This document shows, in pieces, positions 38,384 through 50,735 of a stretch of DNA of 64,000 bases. The DNA lies in contig NIVC01001372.1 of the NCBI GenBank assembly GCA_002269645.1, positions 1 to 64,000 of the forward strand, written 5' to 3'. Position 1 is the first letter of the stretch. Every line of letters begins with the position of its first letter. A program made the position numbers and the translations under genes. The notes beneath the pieces were generated by a model, which did not search any database, was not told the origin of the DNA, and worked only from the letters and a program-made list of their open reading frames with translations. Source of the DNA: Macrostomum lignano. Taxonomy: Eukaryota.

Positions 38384-39664
38384 TAGGGATGCCAACCCTG
38401 GGGATGGCCCCCGGGGACCCCAAATGAAGGTCCAGGGTTTTGTCCTCAGGGTTTTGTCAGGGGGTCCCCAGATAGAAAAGTTTATTTTAAACATCTTGAG
38501 TATTAGTAAAACTAAATATATGAATGAAAGAGTTATAGTATATCTGTTTTTAAGCATACTACTGTTTTTAAGCACGTCTGTTTTTAAGAGACAATTGCTT
38601 TCTAGAATATTTCTTCAAATTTTATAGCATTTTTCTGCATCATAGAAACATATAGCTTGTAGCTGGCATATATACTCAGCAACATAAAAAAGTTGCCATC
38701 ACAGATGATTCTGTCTGTGGTTGCCACTTCTGAGAGTGCAGTTTAAGACTCTCAATATTTGTGAGTGACAACTCAGCTATGCTGCAGCGGACTTGAGTGG
38801 AGTAATGAAGTTGGAGGAAGTGGTGTGTGAGGATTGGACTGATCAAAGCTCAGAATAGTCCAAGAGAAATTGCTCACTGGCACATAGAGTGGCAACTTTC
38901 AATGTTGCTAAGTATATAGCATAGCATTTATACCTATTTATACCTAATATAAAGGCATATTAAAATGATTTCTTTTAATATGGCTACTATTATCAAATTT
39001 TATTATGGGCCATGGTGATGACTTGATGAGATGAAAGATGAGATGGCTTAAGGAGAATTGGAGAACCCAGGTACTCAACTTTGCAGTCATTTTTTTACTA
39101 TGAATTTATTCTCTGTGCTATCTATGGCTATAAATCTAAAACAAATAACAAAAAAATAAAATTCATTACATATTCGATGAGCAAGTGCTGAAAAGAAAGG
39201 AAATTTAGGAAGTGGAAAAGTGTTGTATGTTGTCCTTTTTATTATTAATGTTATTCATAATGTCATAATGTATTCTTATTGTCATTTCGGAGTTCATTTT
39301 GTATTTGAACTTTGTACATTCTCAAATTTTTTTAATATTCAATCAGTTTCATGCCTATAGTCACAAACAACAGACAACCAAAATCACAATCACATGTAAT
39401 GTGACACAACATAAATCTGCAATGAAAAATTATATTTTAAATAAAATGAACTAGTATTTTAGTATATGAGACATTCTTCAGTACATACAGATAAAGGTAT
39501 GAATGTATGATGTGTAAAAATGCGAAAAAACATAGCAAAATTACAATTTTTTAACCACATTTGCGGTTTGTCTTTTAAGCACTTCCTTTAAACTGTCCAC
39601 GGGGAAAAAGCTGAAAATTCCCCATCCCCTGGGGTTTTAAAAGCCTAGGGAATTGGCATTCCTA
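38384..39664. mobile_element. Non-autonomous hAT-type element (1281 bp) with 8-bp TSD
   Basis: Imperfect TIRs tagggatgccaa / (rc) taggaatgccaa; identical GTTCAGAT flanks at 38376-38383 and 39665-39672. Confidence 0.85.
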
Positions 39665-41170
39665 GTTCAGATCATGTATTAGTATACACTGGGTTTATTG
39701 CCAGAAAAAATAATAAGACCTTGTTTGGCCAGGTTTGTGTGCCAATACAAAAAATTGTCGTTTGGCATAATGTATCTGCTGTCATATATGCCAAGATATG
39801 CTTTGATATACACTGAAAAATGATAAGACCCTTGTTGTACACCAGGAAATCCTGGCATACATGTTGCCTTTTAAACTATAGAATAGTATTAGCATTCATT
39901 GCAACCTTGGTAGTTTAAGCTGGGGCATTGTCAAAGCAACAGCACCCTATTAGAAAAGTATAGAAAACCTGTTAACACAACACAGTGGTAATTTTATAAT
40001 AAAATTATAGCTCAAAAATGTGACACAACACAGAACATGTTAACTTTTGTACCAAATATAGGCAGAGTACTTATTAGATGATAAGGCATTTAGCAATAAT
40101 ACTAGCAATCTAGTGTGATATCACCTGCCTTAACTCCAATTGCAATGTGACATTAGAAAATTCTGAAATTGCAACAGACAGAAGTCTTTTGTCCATTTTT
40201 TCCAATAGGGTAATAGCAAACTAGCACTCAGCTTCCCCTATCTTTTCTAGACATCTGCTTGACAAAGCCTATCTAGCTGTTTAGCATATTAGACACCTAT
40301 GAAAATATGTCCTATAGGCAGATAACTAGCAAATAGGATCCCCTAAAAGTCCTAGAAGAAATAGCCCAAGATCTTGCTAGTTGACTTTGCTTGCTTGAAC
40401 TTGCAGAGGCCCCTTCCCTAGGGCACTGCCATTTAATGGATCTTGCTTACATTCAAAGTCATAGTTTTAGATCTAATAGTCATCTTTAGTTATGACCATT
40501 GTTATTCAAATCTATCTAGTTGAACAAAAAATATATTTATATTTAAACAATAGATATATAGATTTGGGTATATGTTTTCTGTTTATGAATTCTAAACTCT
40601 TTTTTAAAGTGCTATCAAAAAAACGTAAAAAGTGAAATTATGCCTATTTATGGTTTATACTTTCTGCTTCCTAGTTTATACTGCTTTCTAGTCTATATTT
40701 TCTAGCCTTTCTATACTTTCCCCTTTGGTCTATGCCCCCTCCCCTTTCCTAGTATGTATGCTATGTGAATGTAGCAAAAAGAATATTTTTATGCATAGAA
40801 TATATTGAAAATTATGGACTTTAACTATAAAATTAATGAAAATATTATAATTTTTTTAAAGATAATGTTCTAAATTGTGCCCTATATTGATTTTATAGTT
40901 ATTGGGATATTTTAAAATATATAGTTCATTTATTATTAAACTTAGAATTACATTAGTAATTTATAAGAACTTCAAACAGTCCTTGTAATGAAATAATATT
41001 TAAAGGAATCATATACCAATTTAATCATTTTAAGTGCTAATTTATTTGATATAGATTTAAGCACCTATGAAAACATACCAACACTATATTTATTCCATTT
41101 TGTCTTCAGAAGTTTGCTGTTTTATTCTGGAGGTTATCTTGTGCAGCTCTGGGCCACTCTATAATATAAA

Positions 41171-43198
41171 ATGTCTTTCCTATCAGCTGAAATAGTCCAA
41201 CTATTTGAGAGCTTAGATGTGAATCAAAATCTAACAACACTTGAAATGGATACAGATTGCTCAGATTTTTCACATTGGTCAACAAATGTTTGCAATATTC
41301 TAAGTGAACAAGCAAAAATAATGTCACCTGGTAACACTTATCAATATTATAACTATTGCTGTCAAAGAGTGGCACCACACTTTAAATGGATTCTAAATTT
41401 CTTTGTTAAGTCCAATTTATTAGCTATAATTCAGGAATGTTTGCTGCACTGCGAATGGATGCACACTAATCTCGAATTATTTGCTGACATCATCAAACAG
41501 CTGCACTACTCTATCAGCTCAAATCCAGATGAGTGTGATGAAGCTAGTTTAGCTCTTTACTTACTGTCAGCCTCTCAACTCGTTGAAATCAGCCTTAGAC
41601 GTCTGCTACGAGCTAGTAGCTGTTCCCGAACTTGTCCATCAATGCTCAAGGACATCTTAGCGCATCCTGCATTAAATGAAGCCATTGGCTCTGATTTAGT
41701 TCGGTTACTAAGTCTTCTAGTTGGTCCGCCAGTCTCATTGAACCTGCGCAATCTGGCTTGGCATGGATTCTTGCTCTCTCTGCCGAAGTATGTAATGTCC
41801 AGCTTATGTGCCCTCTGCGCAACTTTGACACTTATTGGTCGGCACTTGTGCCATAGCAATCGGCTTCTCTTTGATGCACTCTGTCAATCAGAGTATTTTG
41901 GTTTCATTGAGCCAAATACTAAGCCATTATATTGTTTGCTGAATGGACTACATATTTCTTGTCTTGACAGAGCTGCATGCTTGGATATATTGCTACTTCT
42001 AAAGAATAGTTTGAGAAATTTGGTATCTAACACTCAGCATTCTAACTTGGCTAGTTGTCAATTAGTGCCAATCGTGAGTTTTCTTGAAAAGCTCTACACT
42101 GAGGAGCGATACTATGATGCCTGTTGTTTCACTTTGGTGTCGATAGAAGCTGTACTTCGTGTTCTGTACTGCAATGCCAATAATTTGCCTGACCGAGAGC
42201 TTTGCGCTTTAAACACCGCTCACTTCACTACTCTAGATGTGATGCTTTGCTCGCGAAGTTGTCTAGTCTCTGTCCTACCGGAAGGTCTTGTTGTTTGGCT
42301 GCTTGATGTGATACAGTTGGAACGCGGTCCAAGATTTCGGGATCACTTGAGCCATGGCGAATTCAGTCGCGAATCTATCGGGCCATCGTGGGCGATCGCC
42401 CTAACCATTTGTCTGCATAGCATACTGATGTTCTCTACTTCAGCCGTACCCATTGATACTTTCGTTCGCCTAGAAGATCGGCGGCTCATAGAAAGATTTA
42501 TTGATTTTTTCGCTTCTGATAGGCACTCGTCTGTGTGTCATCCAGCGATATACCTGGCTGAATTAATCGATATAACATGGAGGACTCTAACTGAGTTGGC
42601 ACAGACTGTTAATGAAATAAACAAACTGTCAATTGAACATTTTCCTGAAGATGCACACGAACTACCCAAATGCAGTGCTAATACTCGTACTATTGTTGTC
42701 CAATGCAAACTGTCATCCATCTGGGAGTTAACTAATCAGCCATGTTTTGTTAACTGGTTATCATATTTGAATGGACTTGTAGTTGCAGCTAAAGAATCTC
42801 TTGAATCTATGAATCGATTCGGTCTGATAAGATTAGCAGACTTGCGTTCAGATCGTCAGTTACGTTCACGTCAGCGCGCCAATCTGGCTAGTTTTGTTGC
42901 CATGGCAACTAATCATGCAATTCCATTCTGCAACCGTCTGCTTCAGTTAACATCCTATCGTCTAACTTATATTGTTGATTGTTTAAATAATACAGCTATT
43001 GACCAGTCCCGCCAAGTTGAGCGGTTGCCTCTTCTATCGCCAGCTAATAACAAAATGCTGAAACGATTGCGTAAACGACTGGATAATTGGCGAGCAAATT
43101 GTGCGCCCGATAAAAACCGCTGGCTTGAATGCGCTAAATTAATGTCTGCAGGCGAGGCTGAGGAAGACTTTAATGAACTCTGGAGTTTAGAGTGCTGA
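41171..43198 (+). CDS. ERMARD: ER membrane-associated RNA degradation protein homolog (ERMARD/C6orf70), single exon, 675 aa
   Basis: Uninterrupted ORF with CPSMLKDIL, LVGPPVSLNLRNLAWHGF and GPRFRDHLSHGE motifs recognised from ERMARD. Confidence 0.85.
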   Translation: MSFLSAEIVQLFESLDVNQNLTTLEMDTDCSDFSHWSTNVCNILSEQAKIMSPGNTYQYYNYCCQRVAPHFKWILNFFVKSNLLAIIQECLLHCEWMHTNLELFADIIKQLHYSISSNPDECDEASLALYLLSASQLVEISLRRLLRASSCSRTCPSMLKDILAHPALNEAIGSDLVRLLSLLVGPPVSLNLRNLAWHGFLLSLPKYVMSSLCALCATLTLIGRHLCHSNRLLFDALCQSEYFGFIEPNTKPLYCLLNGLHISCLDRAACLDILLLLKNSLRNLVSNTQHSNLASCQLVPIVSFLEKLYTEERYYDACCFTLVSIEAVLRVLYCNANNLPDRELCALNTAHFTTLDVMLCSRSCLVSVLPEGLVVWLLDVIQLERGPRFRDHLSHGEFSRESIGPSWAIALTICLHSILMFSTSAVPIDTFVRLEDRRLIERFIDFFASDRHSSVCHPAIYLAELIDITWRTLTELAQTVNEINKLSIEHFPEDAHELPKCSANTRTIVVQCKLSSIWELTNQPCFVNWLSYLNGLVVAAKESLESMNRFGLIRLADLRSDRQLRSRQRANLASFVAMATNHAIPFCNRLLQLTSYRLTYIVDCLNNTAIDQSRQVERLPLLSPANNKMLKRLRKRLDNWRANCAPDKNRWLECAKLMSAGEAEEDFNELWSLEC

Positions 43199-44059
43199 AC
43201 TAGTTTTTAAATTTTTATTAAAACGCTTGCTTGTGTCTTTAGGTCTCGAATAACTTTTGATGCCAATTTCGGACATGTCTACTTACATTGTTCTTTGTTT
43301 TATTTTAGATACTCCCGTAGCACCTGCCCAAATAATATAGAATAAATACTAGCAATCAGCGCCCCCTGTTAGGGAGCCAACAAAAAATAAAAGGCAAATT
43401 TCCAAATAAACTACATGTAGCTTCTCATTGCAATAACCTCAACAACCCATGAGCCTTGACATCTCAGCAATGCCCCCTAACCCTAACCCTAAAGCCTTGA
43501 AATTCCAGCTATTCTTCAACGGTAATCCTTGACATTTCAGTAATTATTCACAGCATTATAGCGATTCACTCCATGCCTTGACATCGTAGCAATTCCCAAA
43601 TTAATCTTGTATGTTCGACATGACGCTTCTTTTTATGTTTGGCAGATTATTTTACGTTTTACATGACTCTTCTTTTTGACATGACGCTTCTACCAGCGCC
43701 GTAATGCGAGTATCATGGACAATGACCTCTTCAAGATGTCATTTAAGAAATACATAACTACCGGACACTTGAACTTATGGCTCATATACTTGTATATTTC
43801 ATTTTATTTTTTAGTCTAAAGCACAAAGCTTTCGTAGCACATTATCATTACTGGAAACTTAATATCTGTCTACCGCCCCATCATTATTCATGAGCAAAAA
43901 CTACATCGATTTCGATTTATTCAGGCTTTGAGTAGAACAGAAACACAAAGTTCAGCAATTTTTAAATCTCAACTTAACGAAGGTGCTTATATTTGTTGTT
44001 CCAAGGAACTCAATAATTTGATTGATTATTGATCGATAGCTTGATTTGCTATATTAATC

Positions 44060-47000
44060 ATGAGCAGTTATGTTGGCGCCAAATTGCAATTAGACTGCAG
44101 TCCAAGTGTTGGCACCTTTGTTGGCACAATTGTTGATGTTAGTGACGAGAAATTGACACTGAAAAATGCTCTAAGAAATGGACTGCCTAGCGACACGGGT
44201 TTAGTTACGCTGCATCGATCTTCCATTGTTAGCATTACAATGCTGCGTTCCCCTGGTGGAGAAGCCAGTGACTCTACTGTTTCTACTGCTAGTACTACTT
44301 TGCAGCAAGTTAAAGATAAAGAGAACAAGATTGATCATCGAGTGATTGAAGCTAGTTTACAAGAGAAGACTCAACAGCAACAGCAGCAGGCTCGCAGAGA
44401 AGCGGCCAGAGAGCGACTAATGAGCATTCCCAATGCTACGCCTGTTTATATTTGTCAGAATTCGCCAATTTGCCCCGGCAAAGGGGGTGGAGGCAGCGGT
44501 GGCAACGGGCAGAATGGCAGGCACAAAGGGTGAGTGAATTAACTTTGCAGTGATAAATTGAAAAATTCAATGATGCTGCGATATTCAACATGTTTTATGA
44601 TCGGATTGCTTATGCTTTATCGAAGGCTCGAATTTTAATCAAAGATCACTGTAGTATAACAGGATGTAAAACTCAAAGATCGTGTTTATTCAGGGGGCCA
44701 ATATCTTGGGGAAAAATGCACTGCGGAGATAGGAAAAAACATTTTTTTTCATCACAAAATCAACGATCACAAAATCAAGCTTATATTTATGTAATTTACA
44801 AATAATAAAACTACCTATCACGGAATTTGCGATTTTCAATATAGTTTCAAACAGTTAGGGGTCTCTATTAATCGACTTCGTAAAAAAATAAATGCAAATA
44901 TCCTGATCACTCTACTTTTAGTAGCGAAGCCAGTAAACCGAAAGGCATAAACGGTAGCGGCGACTTTACTACTAGCAATGGTCGTAGTAATAAAGATAGA
45001 AACCTGCCAGTCTCCCCAACCGGTCGGCGTCAGGTCAACTCGGGCGGTAATCCTGCCACGCATCAGCACGTCAGGGCGAGATCTGAGCTAGTTACTAATT
45101 ATATCAGCTGCGTTAACAATAGCATTGGTGCTACTAATAACACTACTAGTAGTAGTTCACCTACTACGCCTAATGGCATCGCTGTGGATCAGTCGGGATC
45201 AACTGTTTGGTTTCTTGCTAATGGCGACTCTGATCTTCGCGTGCCGGCCGTGTCCGATCACTTTCTCGAGACCGTGCTATTAGCGGCCGAGAAACTCGGA
45301 TTGTCTATGGCCAGAATGGCCGAGTGCTGCGGGCGAAGCGTGGCCGACTTTCTGGTTAGTGGGGCTTCGTACTGTTGGGGTGCTGTTCTCGGTAGCTGTG
45401 TCTATGACTCTCCCATTGTGTCTGGCTCTCACCCTGTGTCTATGACTCTCTCCCTGTGTCTGTCTCTTACCCTGTGTCTATGACTCTCACCCTGTGTCTA
45501 TGACTCTCACCCTGTGTCTATGACTCTCACCCTGTGTCTATGACTCTCACCCTGTGTCTATGACTCGCACCCTGCATATATGACTATCACCGTGTCTATG
45601 ACTATCACCGTGTCCATGACTCTCAACCTGTCTCTATGACCATCATTTTCCCTCTATCTATAACTCAGCCTGCCTCTATAACCATCACTGTCTCTATGAA
45701 TCAACCTGTCTCTATGAATCAACGTCTCTATGACTCTCACTCTGTCTATGACTGTTACCAAATAACTCTAACCCTGACGCTAAGTGTGACCCCCGCCCTA
45801 TAGCTGTTATTTTAACACAATCTTTGATTTTTACTGATCTATCAGACTATCAGCTCCATCTCACCCAGTCCTACTTTCAATTAGCAGAACTTAGCAGGCA
45901 AATCAGTTCTAATACTATGATTTTTGCTTCGACACTTCAGATCAATCAAATTGCTTCGCCGTATCCGCTGTACCAGCAAACACGCCAGTTAAACCAGCTG
46001 AGCTTGCAGAGCCAGCAACAGCAGCAGCACCGTCAGAACTTGCAATTCGCAGTCATCATTGGCGGCGGTCGTAGAGGCCAGTTCGGCCTCGCAACGGCCA
46101 GGCATTTGGCTAGCCGGGGTGCTTCAGTTTGCGCTTATATAACCGCCACTGACCCGGTTGATAGAGACCAATTAGGTCAGGAGATTCGCCTGTATCGGAG
46201 CACCGGCTGTCCGCTAGTTGAGCATAGCCGTGATCTGCCATGGATTCTGGACTGCGTCTTGTTGGCTAGCGATCAGGTATCTGCTCATAGTTTGTGTGTA
46301 TCTGCTCATAGTTTGTGTGTATCTGCTCATATTTGTGTGTATCTGCTCATAGTTTGTGTGTATCTGCTCATAGTTTGTGTGTATCTGCTCATAGTTTGTG
46401 TGTATCTGCTCATAGTTTGTGTGTATCTGCTCATAGTTTGAGTGTAGCTGCTCATAGTTTGTGTGTATCTGCTCATAGTTTGTGTGTATCTGCTCATAGT
46501 TTGAGTGTATCTGCTCATAGCATGAGTGTATCTGCTCATAGTTTGAGTGTATCTGCTCATAGTTTGAGTGTAGCTGCTCATAGTTTGAGTGTATCTGCTC
46601 ATAGTTTGTGTGTATCTGCTTTGTGTGTATCTGCTCATAGTCTGAGTGTATCTGCTCATATTTGTGTGTATCTGCTCATACCATGAGTGTATCTGCTCAT
46701 AGTTTGAGTGTATCTGCTCATATTTGTGTGTATCTGCTCATACCATGAGTGTATCTGCTCATACCATGAGTGTATCTGCTCATACCATGAGTGTATCTGC
46801 TCATATATTGAGTGTATCTGCTCATAGTTTAGTCGTATATCTGCTCATAAAAACGCCACCCCACTAAATCCCCAGGTGGACTCCCCTGCTCACCCGTTAG
46901 CTCAGTGGTTTCGGGCCTCTCGCGCGCCGCTCGCATGTTTGGCACCGCCAGCCGGAAATCCAGCCTGCCTATCGCCCCGCTACAATATTCACTGCTGTCT

Positions 47001-47181
47001 GCCTATCGCCCCATCAAATACTACTGCTGCTAGTAGTACTATTAGTAAATTAGGCGCCAACTATCTGTGCGATCTAGGCGTTACTAGGGACGCTTTTCAA
47101 GCTGCCGGTTTGCGCGGTTTCGCTCCGGGTGGCCTTTTTAATTTGGGTTCGGTTGTTCATCTGGTGCCGAGTCTAAAATGA
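44060..47181 (+). CDS. EDC3: Enhancer of mRNA decapping 3 (Lsm + YjeF_N), 4 exons, ~514 aa
   Basis: Exons 44060-44529, 44922-45354, 45941-46276, 46876-47181 (third acceptor is best guess). N-terminal Lsm YVGAKLQLDCSPSVGTFVGTI; LRVPAVS..AAEKLGLS; GLATARHLA; LCDLGV..F as in EDC3 YjeF_N. Confidence 0.88.
45410..45780. repeat. 20-bp minisatellite in EDC3 intron 2
   Basis: gtgtctatgactctcaccct, degenerating 3'. Confidence 0.85.
46277..46850. repeat. 21-bp minisatellite filling EDC3 intron 3
   Basis: gtatctgctcatagtttgtgt starting exactly at the GT donor. Confidence 0.93.
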
Positions 47182-47429
47182 AATTGGCTAGTCAGCTATT
47201 GCATCGATGTGACAGTTAGTTTTTATCCTAAGCTATGCATATTATCAATCAACTCGAACTCGAACTAAATTCCCAACATTAGGCTTCCTGTGCTAATACA
47301 GCATTTTATTAACACTCAATGGTTAAAGTAGTATGTAACGGATTTATCGTGTATTTGCTCCTGTTACGTGTTTACAATCACCGAAACAATGCAAAACAAG
47401 TGTTGGTGCTGGAATGCGTATTTGTATTC

Positions 47430-47620
47430 CACCTGATTAACAGGTGATACGAAACAGGTGTTTGAATATTCCACCTGATTAACAGGTGATACAAAACAGG
47501 TGTTTGTATATGTCACTGATTAACAGGTGATACAAAACAGGTGTTTGTATATGTCACTGATTAACAGGTGATACAAAACAGGTGTTTGTATATGTCACTG
47601 ATTAACAGGTGATACAAAAA
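47430..47620. repeat. 41-bp tandem repeat, ~4.5 copies
   Basis: taacaggtgatacaaaacaggtgtttgtatatgtcactgat. Confidence 0.88.
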
Positions 47621-48629
47621 AAGGGAAAGAATGCTACTCACTTGAGTTACAGTGGGTATTAGTATCCATCTATTTGAGCTAAAATGCCGCTACGCTAAAT
47701 TGAGTATTGTGATATTTGTACTCATTTTTTAGGAGCTCTTGTCGTCAATAACAAAATCTTTCATAAAAGTTGCTTTTAAATTGAAGCATTTCTTTGCAAA
47801 AACACAAGCAATTTTTGCGTAATTTATAGCAACAAGTTTTTGTCAAGTCAGTGCCATTCCGATTGTAGCTTCACACTCTGCTTTTTCTTTATTCTCGCTC
47901 ACCTACAGTTTTTAATACGCTTTTTATTGAAGATAAAAAACTACGTTTGTCTTTGAGTTTTGGTTTCGGTTGTGTGTGTCGCTATAAGAAGAAAATTTTC
48001 TAACGCTACGGCTACATGTTCACATGCCTACTGATAGTAGTCAAGTAATAATATAGTTTTAAGGCTTTAATGCATCTATTTTTAGATTTTGAAAGCTTTT
48101 AAATAATAAAACTAAAACTTCTAACTCTTAATATTAAAGTGGTAGTCTAAACGTGAGTTGTATTGCAAATTATAATACGACTAGATAATTTATTATTATG
48201 CAACTAACATGCAATTTAAACTTTAAATATTATTATTCTGCTATTCAATTTTTCATTTTCATAAACGATTTTTTTCCATTTTTAGCCAATATAGCTAATA
48301 AAAATATAGCAAAATACTTACCTATGCTATTAGTATTAAGCAGGGATGCGTTTTGATGTGCCATGCAAAGATGGTCGTTTAATCGAGGCTAAAAGCATTC
48401 AAATATAAAGGGATCGCGCATTTACCCTAATGCTGGATTGGACTTGGCCTGCGTGCTGGTTACCTTATTTTTATTGCTGTCCTAGGCTTCTTGTATGTAG
48501 AAAGCTGTTTGCTGCATCTGCAGACGCTTAGATATAATGATAGATGGTCGGTCGGTTTATAAATCTGTTAGTGTGCTGTTGTGTTGTGTTGTCTGTTTGT
48601 TTGTCTGTCTGTCTGTCTGTGTGTCTGTC

Positions 48630-48990
48630 TTTTTTTTATTAGAGGCAGGGGGGTTGTGTGCACCCTGGCGCACTTTGAGCGACATCAACACACAACCGGC
48701 GAGAGGCATTGCTGCCCATTCCACCGACTCCCCTGAGCAGGCATACAAGCGCGCGGATACGTACGCAGGCACACACTCACACAGGAGTGTACAGCGGCCC
48801 TAACTTTATTTTATCGTTAGGCATGTACACTTCACTGCGCCTTGGGGTGTTGGCTCTCAAGGCTGTTAATTGCACGAGCAGAGCCAAGCCGAGATTCCAA
48901 TTCAGCCCCAAATTAATGTGACTGCACTTGGAATCGAGCCTGGGTCGCTGGCACACCAGAGCAGCTGCGCTACCGCTATGCTACGGCCCC
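48630..48990 (-). mobile_element. ~365-bp tRNA-derived SINE, copy 2, inside a (TGTC)n tract
   Basis: Homologous to 33592-33958; head ggggccgtagcatagcggtagcg...ggctcgattcc; (GTCT)n on both sides. Confidence 0.85.
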
Positions 48991-49001
48991 TTCCCCCTGT
49001 G

Positions 49002-49044
<43 letters not shown>

Positions 49045-49336
49045 GTTAAATCTGTCTTAAGTGTTCATTAAGTTTAGCTTAGTTAATTAATAATCAGGCT
49101 ATCATCTTCACCCTACACATGCCTGTAGTAAAATTGCACATATTTAATAGCATTTCACTATTACTGATTACTATTCAGATAGTAAATTTAAATAAATCGA
49201 TAATAAATCAATATAGCTATATATGTTCGTTTAACTTCAACCTCCTGGTAAACAAAGAGCGAGCTTCTGTCGAACTCAAATGCTCACTGAACAACGGAAT
49301 AAATAATTGTGTTTGTTTATAAAAATAAAAGAATTC

Positions 49337-50735
49337 ATGCGCGAAATATCTTCAAGAAACATTTTGCAGCTGCCCAAGTCGTCTCATCTGCTCATTGAGA
49401 TTGGCTCGCGCTTGGCTCTGGCAGTTTTGTTGGTGTAAGTTATTGGCACACTTTATTTTATATCTTATTTACACTTCTGCATCCAGCTTCATTATTTGGA
49501 TGCAACTCCCTATTCCAGCATCACGCTTCATCATTGATCCCATTGAAATCCCTATTCCAGCTTCACGCTTCATCATTGATCCCATTGAAATCCCTATTCC
49601 AGCATCACGCTTCATCATTGATCCCATTGAAATCCCTATTCCAGCTTCACGCTTCATCATTGATCCCATTGAAATCCCTATTCCAGCATCACGCTTCATC
49701 ATTGATCCCATTGAAATCCCTATTCCAGCATCACGCTTCATCATTGATCCCATTGAAATCCCTATTCCAGCTTCACGCTTCATCATTGATCCCATCAAAT
49801 CCCTATTCCAGCTTCACGGCATCACGCTTCATCATTGATCCCATCCAAATCCCTATTCCAGCTTCACGCCTCATCATTGATCCCCTTGAAATCCTTGTTC
49901 CAGCTTCACGCTTCATCATGGATTCCATTCAATTCCCCATTCCAGCATCACGGAGCACCTGAATCCCCGCATTCGCGACATCCACCCAGAGGAATGGTGG
50001 CTGTACAAGAATCACCCGAGCGATTCCTACGTACCCGCATGGTTGATGTGGCTGTTTATCCTGCTAATTATTCCTGTCAGTTTGCTCTGTCTTACAGCTT
50101 TTTGTCCGGCGACAATGGATCAACAGGCATCTACTAACAGTAGTAGTAGATCAAGCGCATTGCTCACCTGTCAGCTAGCTTATTGGCTAATTATCTTATT
50201 AGCTGGCAATCTGGCCAACACAATCAAAGTCATAGTTGGCAGGCCGAGGCCAGATTTTTTCTATCGCTGCTACCCGGACGATCACGAGCACGAGGCTGGG
50301 GCTGGAGCGCCAATGCAACCGAGTCCTCAAATGCAACCCTGCTATGGCGATCTGGATTCTATCATTGAAGGCCGGAAATCCTTTCCATCCGGGCATTCGA
50401 CATTTTCTTTTGCTAGTCTAGGCTTCGTGTCGCTTCTGTTGTGGCGTCGGTTCGGCGTCTGGCGTCGGTTTCCCGGCGCACCGTCGGCTTGGCAACTGTT
50501 GCTAGGCGGATTGCCTCTGTTTATAGCCATGTGTATAGCTCTTAGCCGGCTAGCAGATTTTCATCATCATTGCGAAGATGTCGCGGTTGGCTCGATTCTG
50601 GGATTCTCTGTGGCTTACATTTGTTTTAATCTGTACTATCCGGAATTAAAGAATAATCAGTTAGATTGCGTGAGCAGCGTTATAGAAAGATCGCCATCGT
50701 CTGTGACGTTTCTTGCTCAGCAACAACAACAATAG
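49337..50735 (+). CDS. PAP2 phospholipid phosphatase, PLPP4/PLPP5 (PPAPDC1) type, 2 exons
   Basis: Exons 49337-49434 and 49946-50735 (phase 2). IHPEEWWLYKN and PAP2 motifs KVIVGRPRP, SFPSGHS, SRLADFHHHCEDV. Confidence 0.9.
49505..49945. repeat. 42-bp minisatellite filling the PLPP intron
   Basis: ccctattccagcatcacgcttcatcattgatcccattgaaat, ~10 copies. Confidence 0.93.

Noticed and set aside
43475-43492. (CCCTAA)3 telomere-like tract
   Set aside because: Only three units, too short to call an interstitial telomere.
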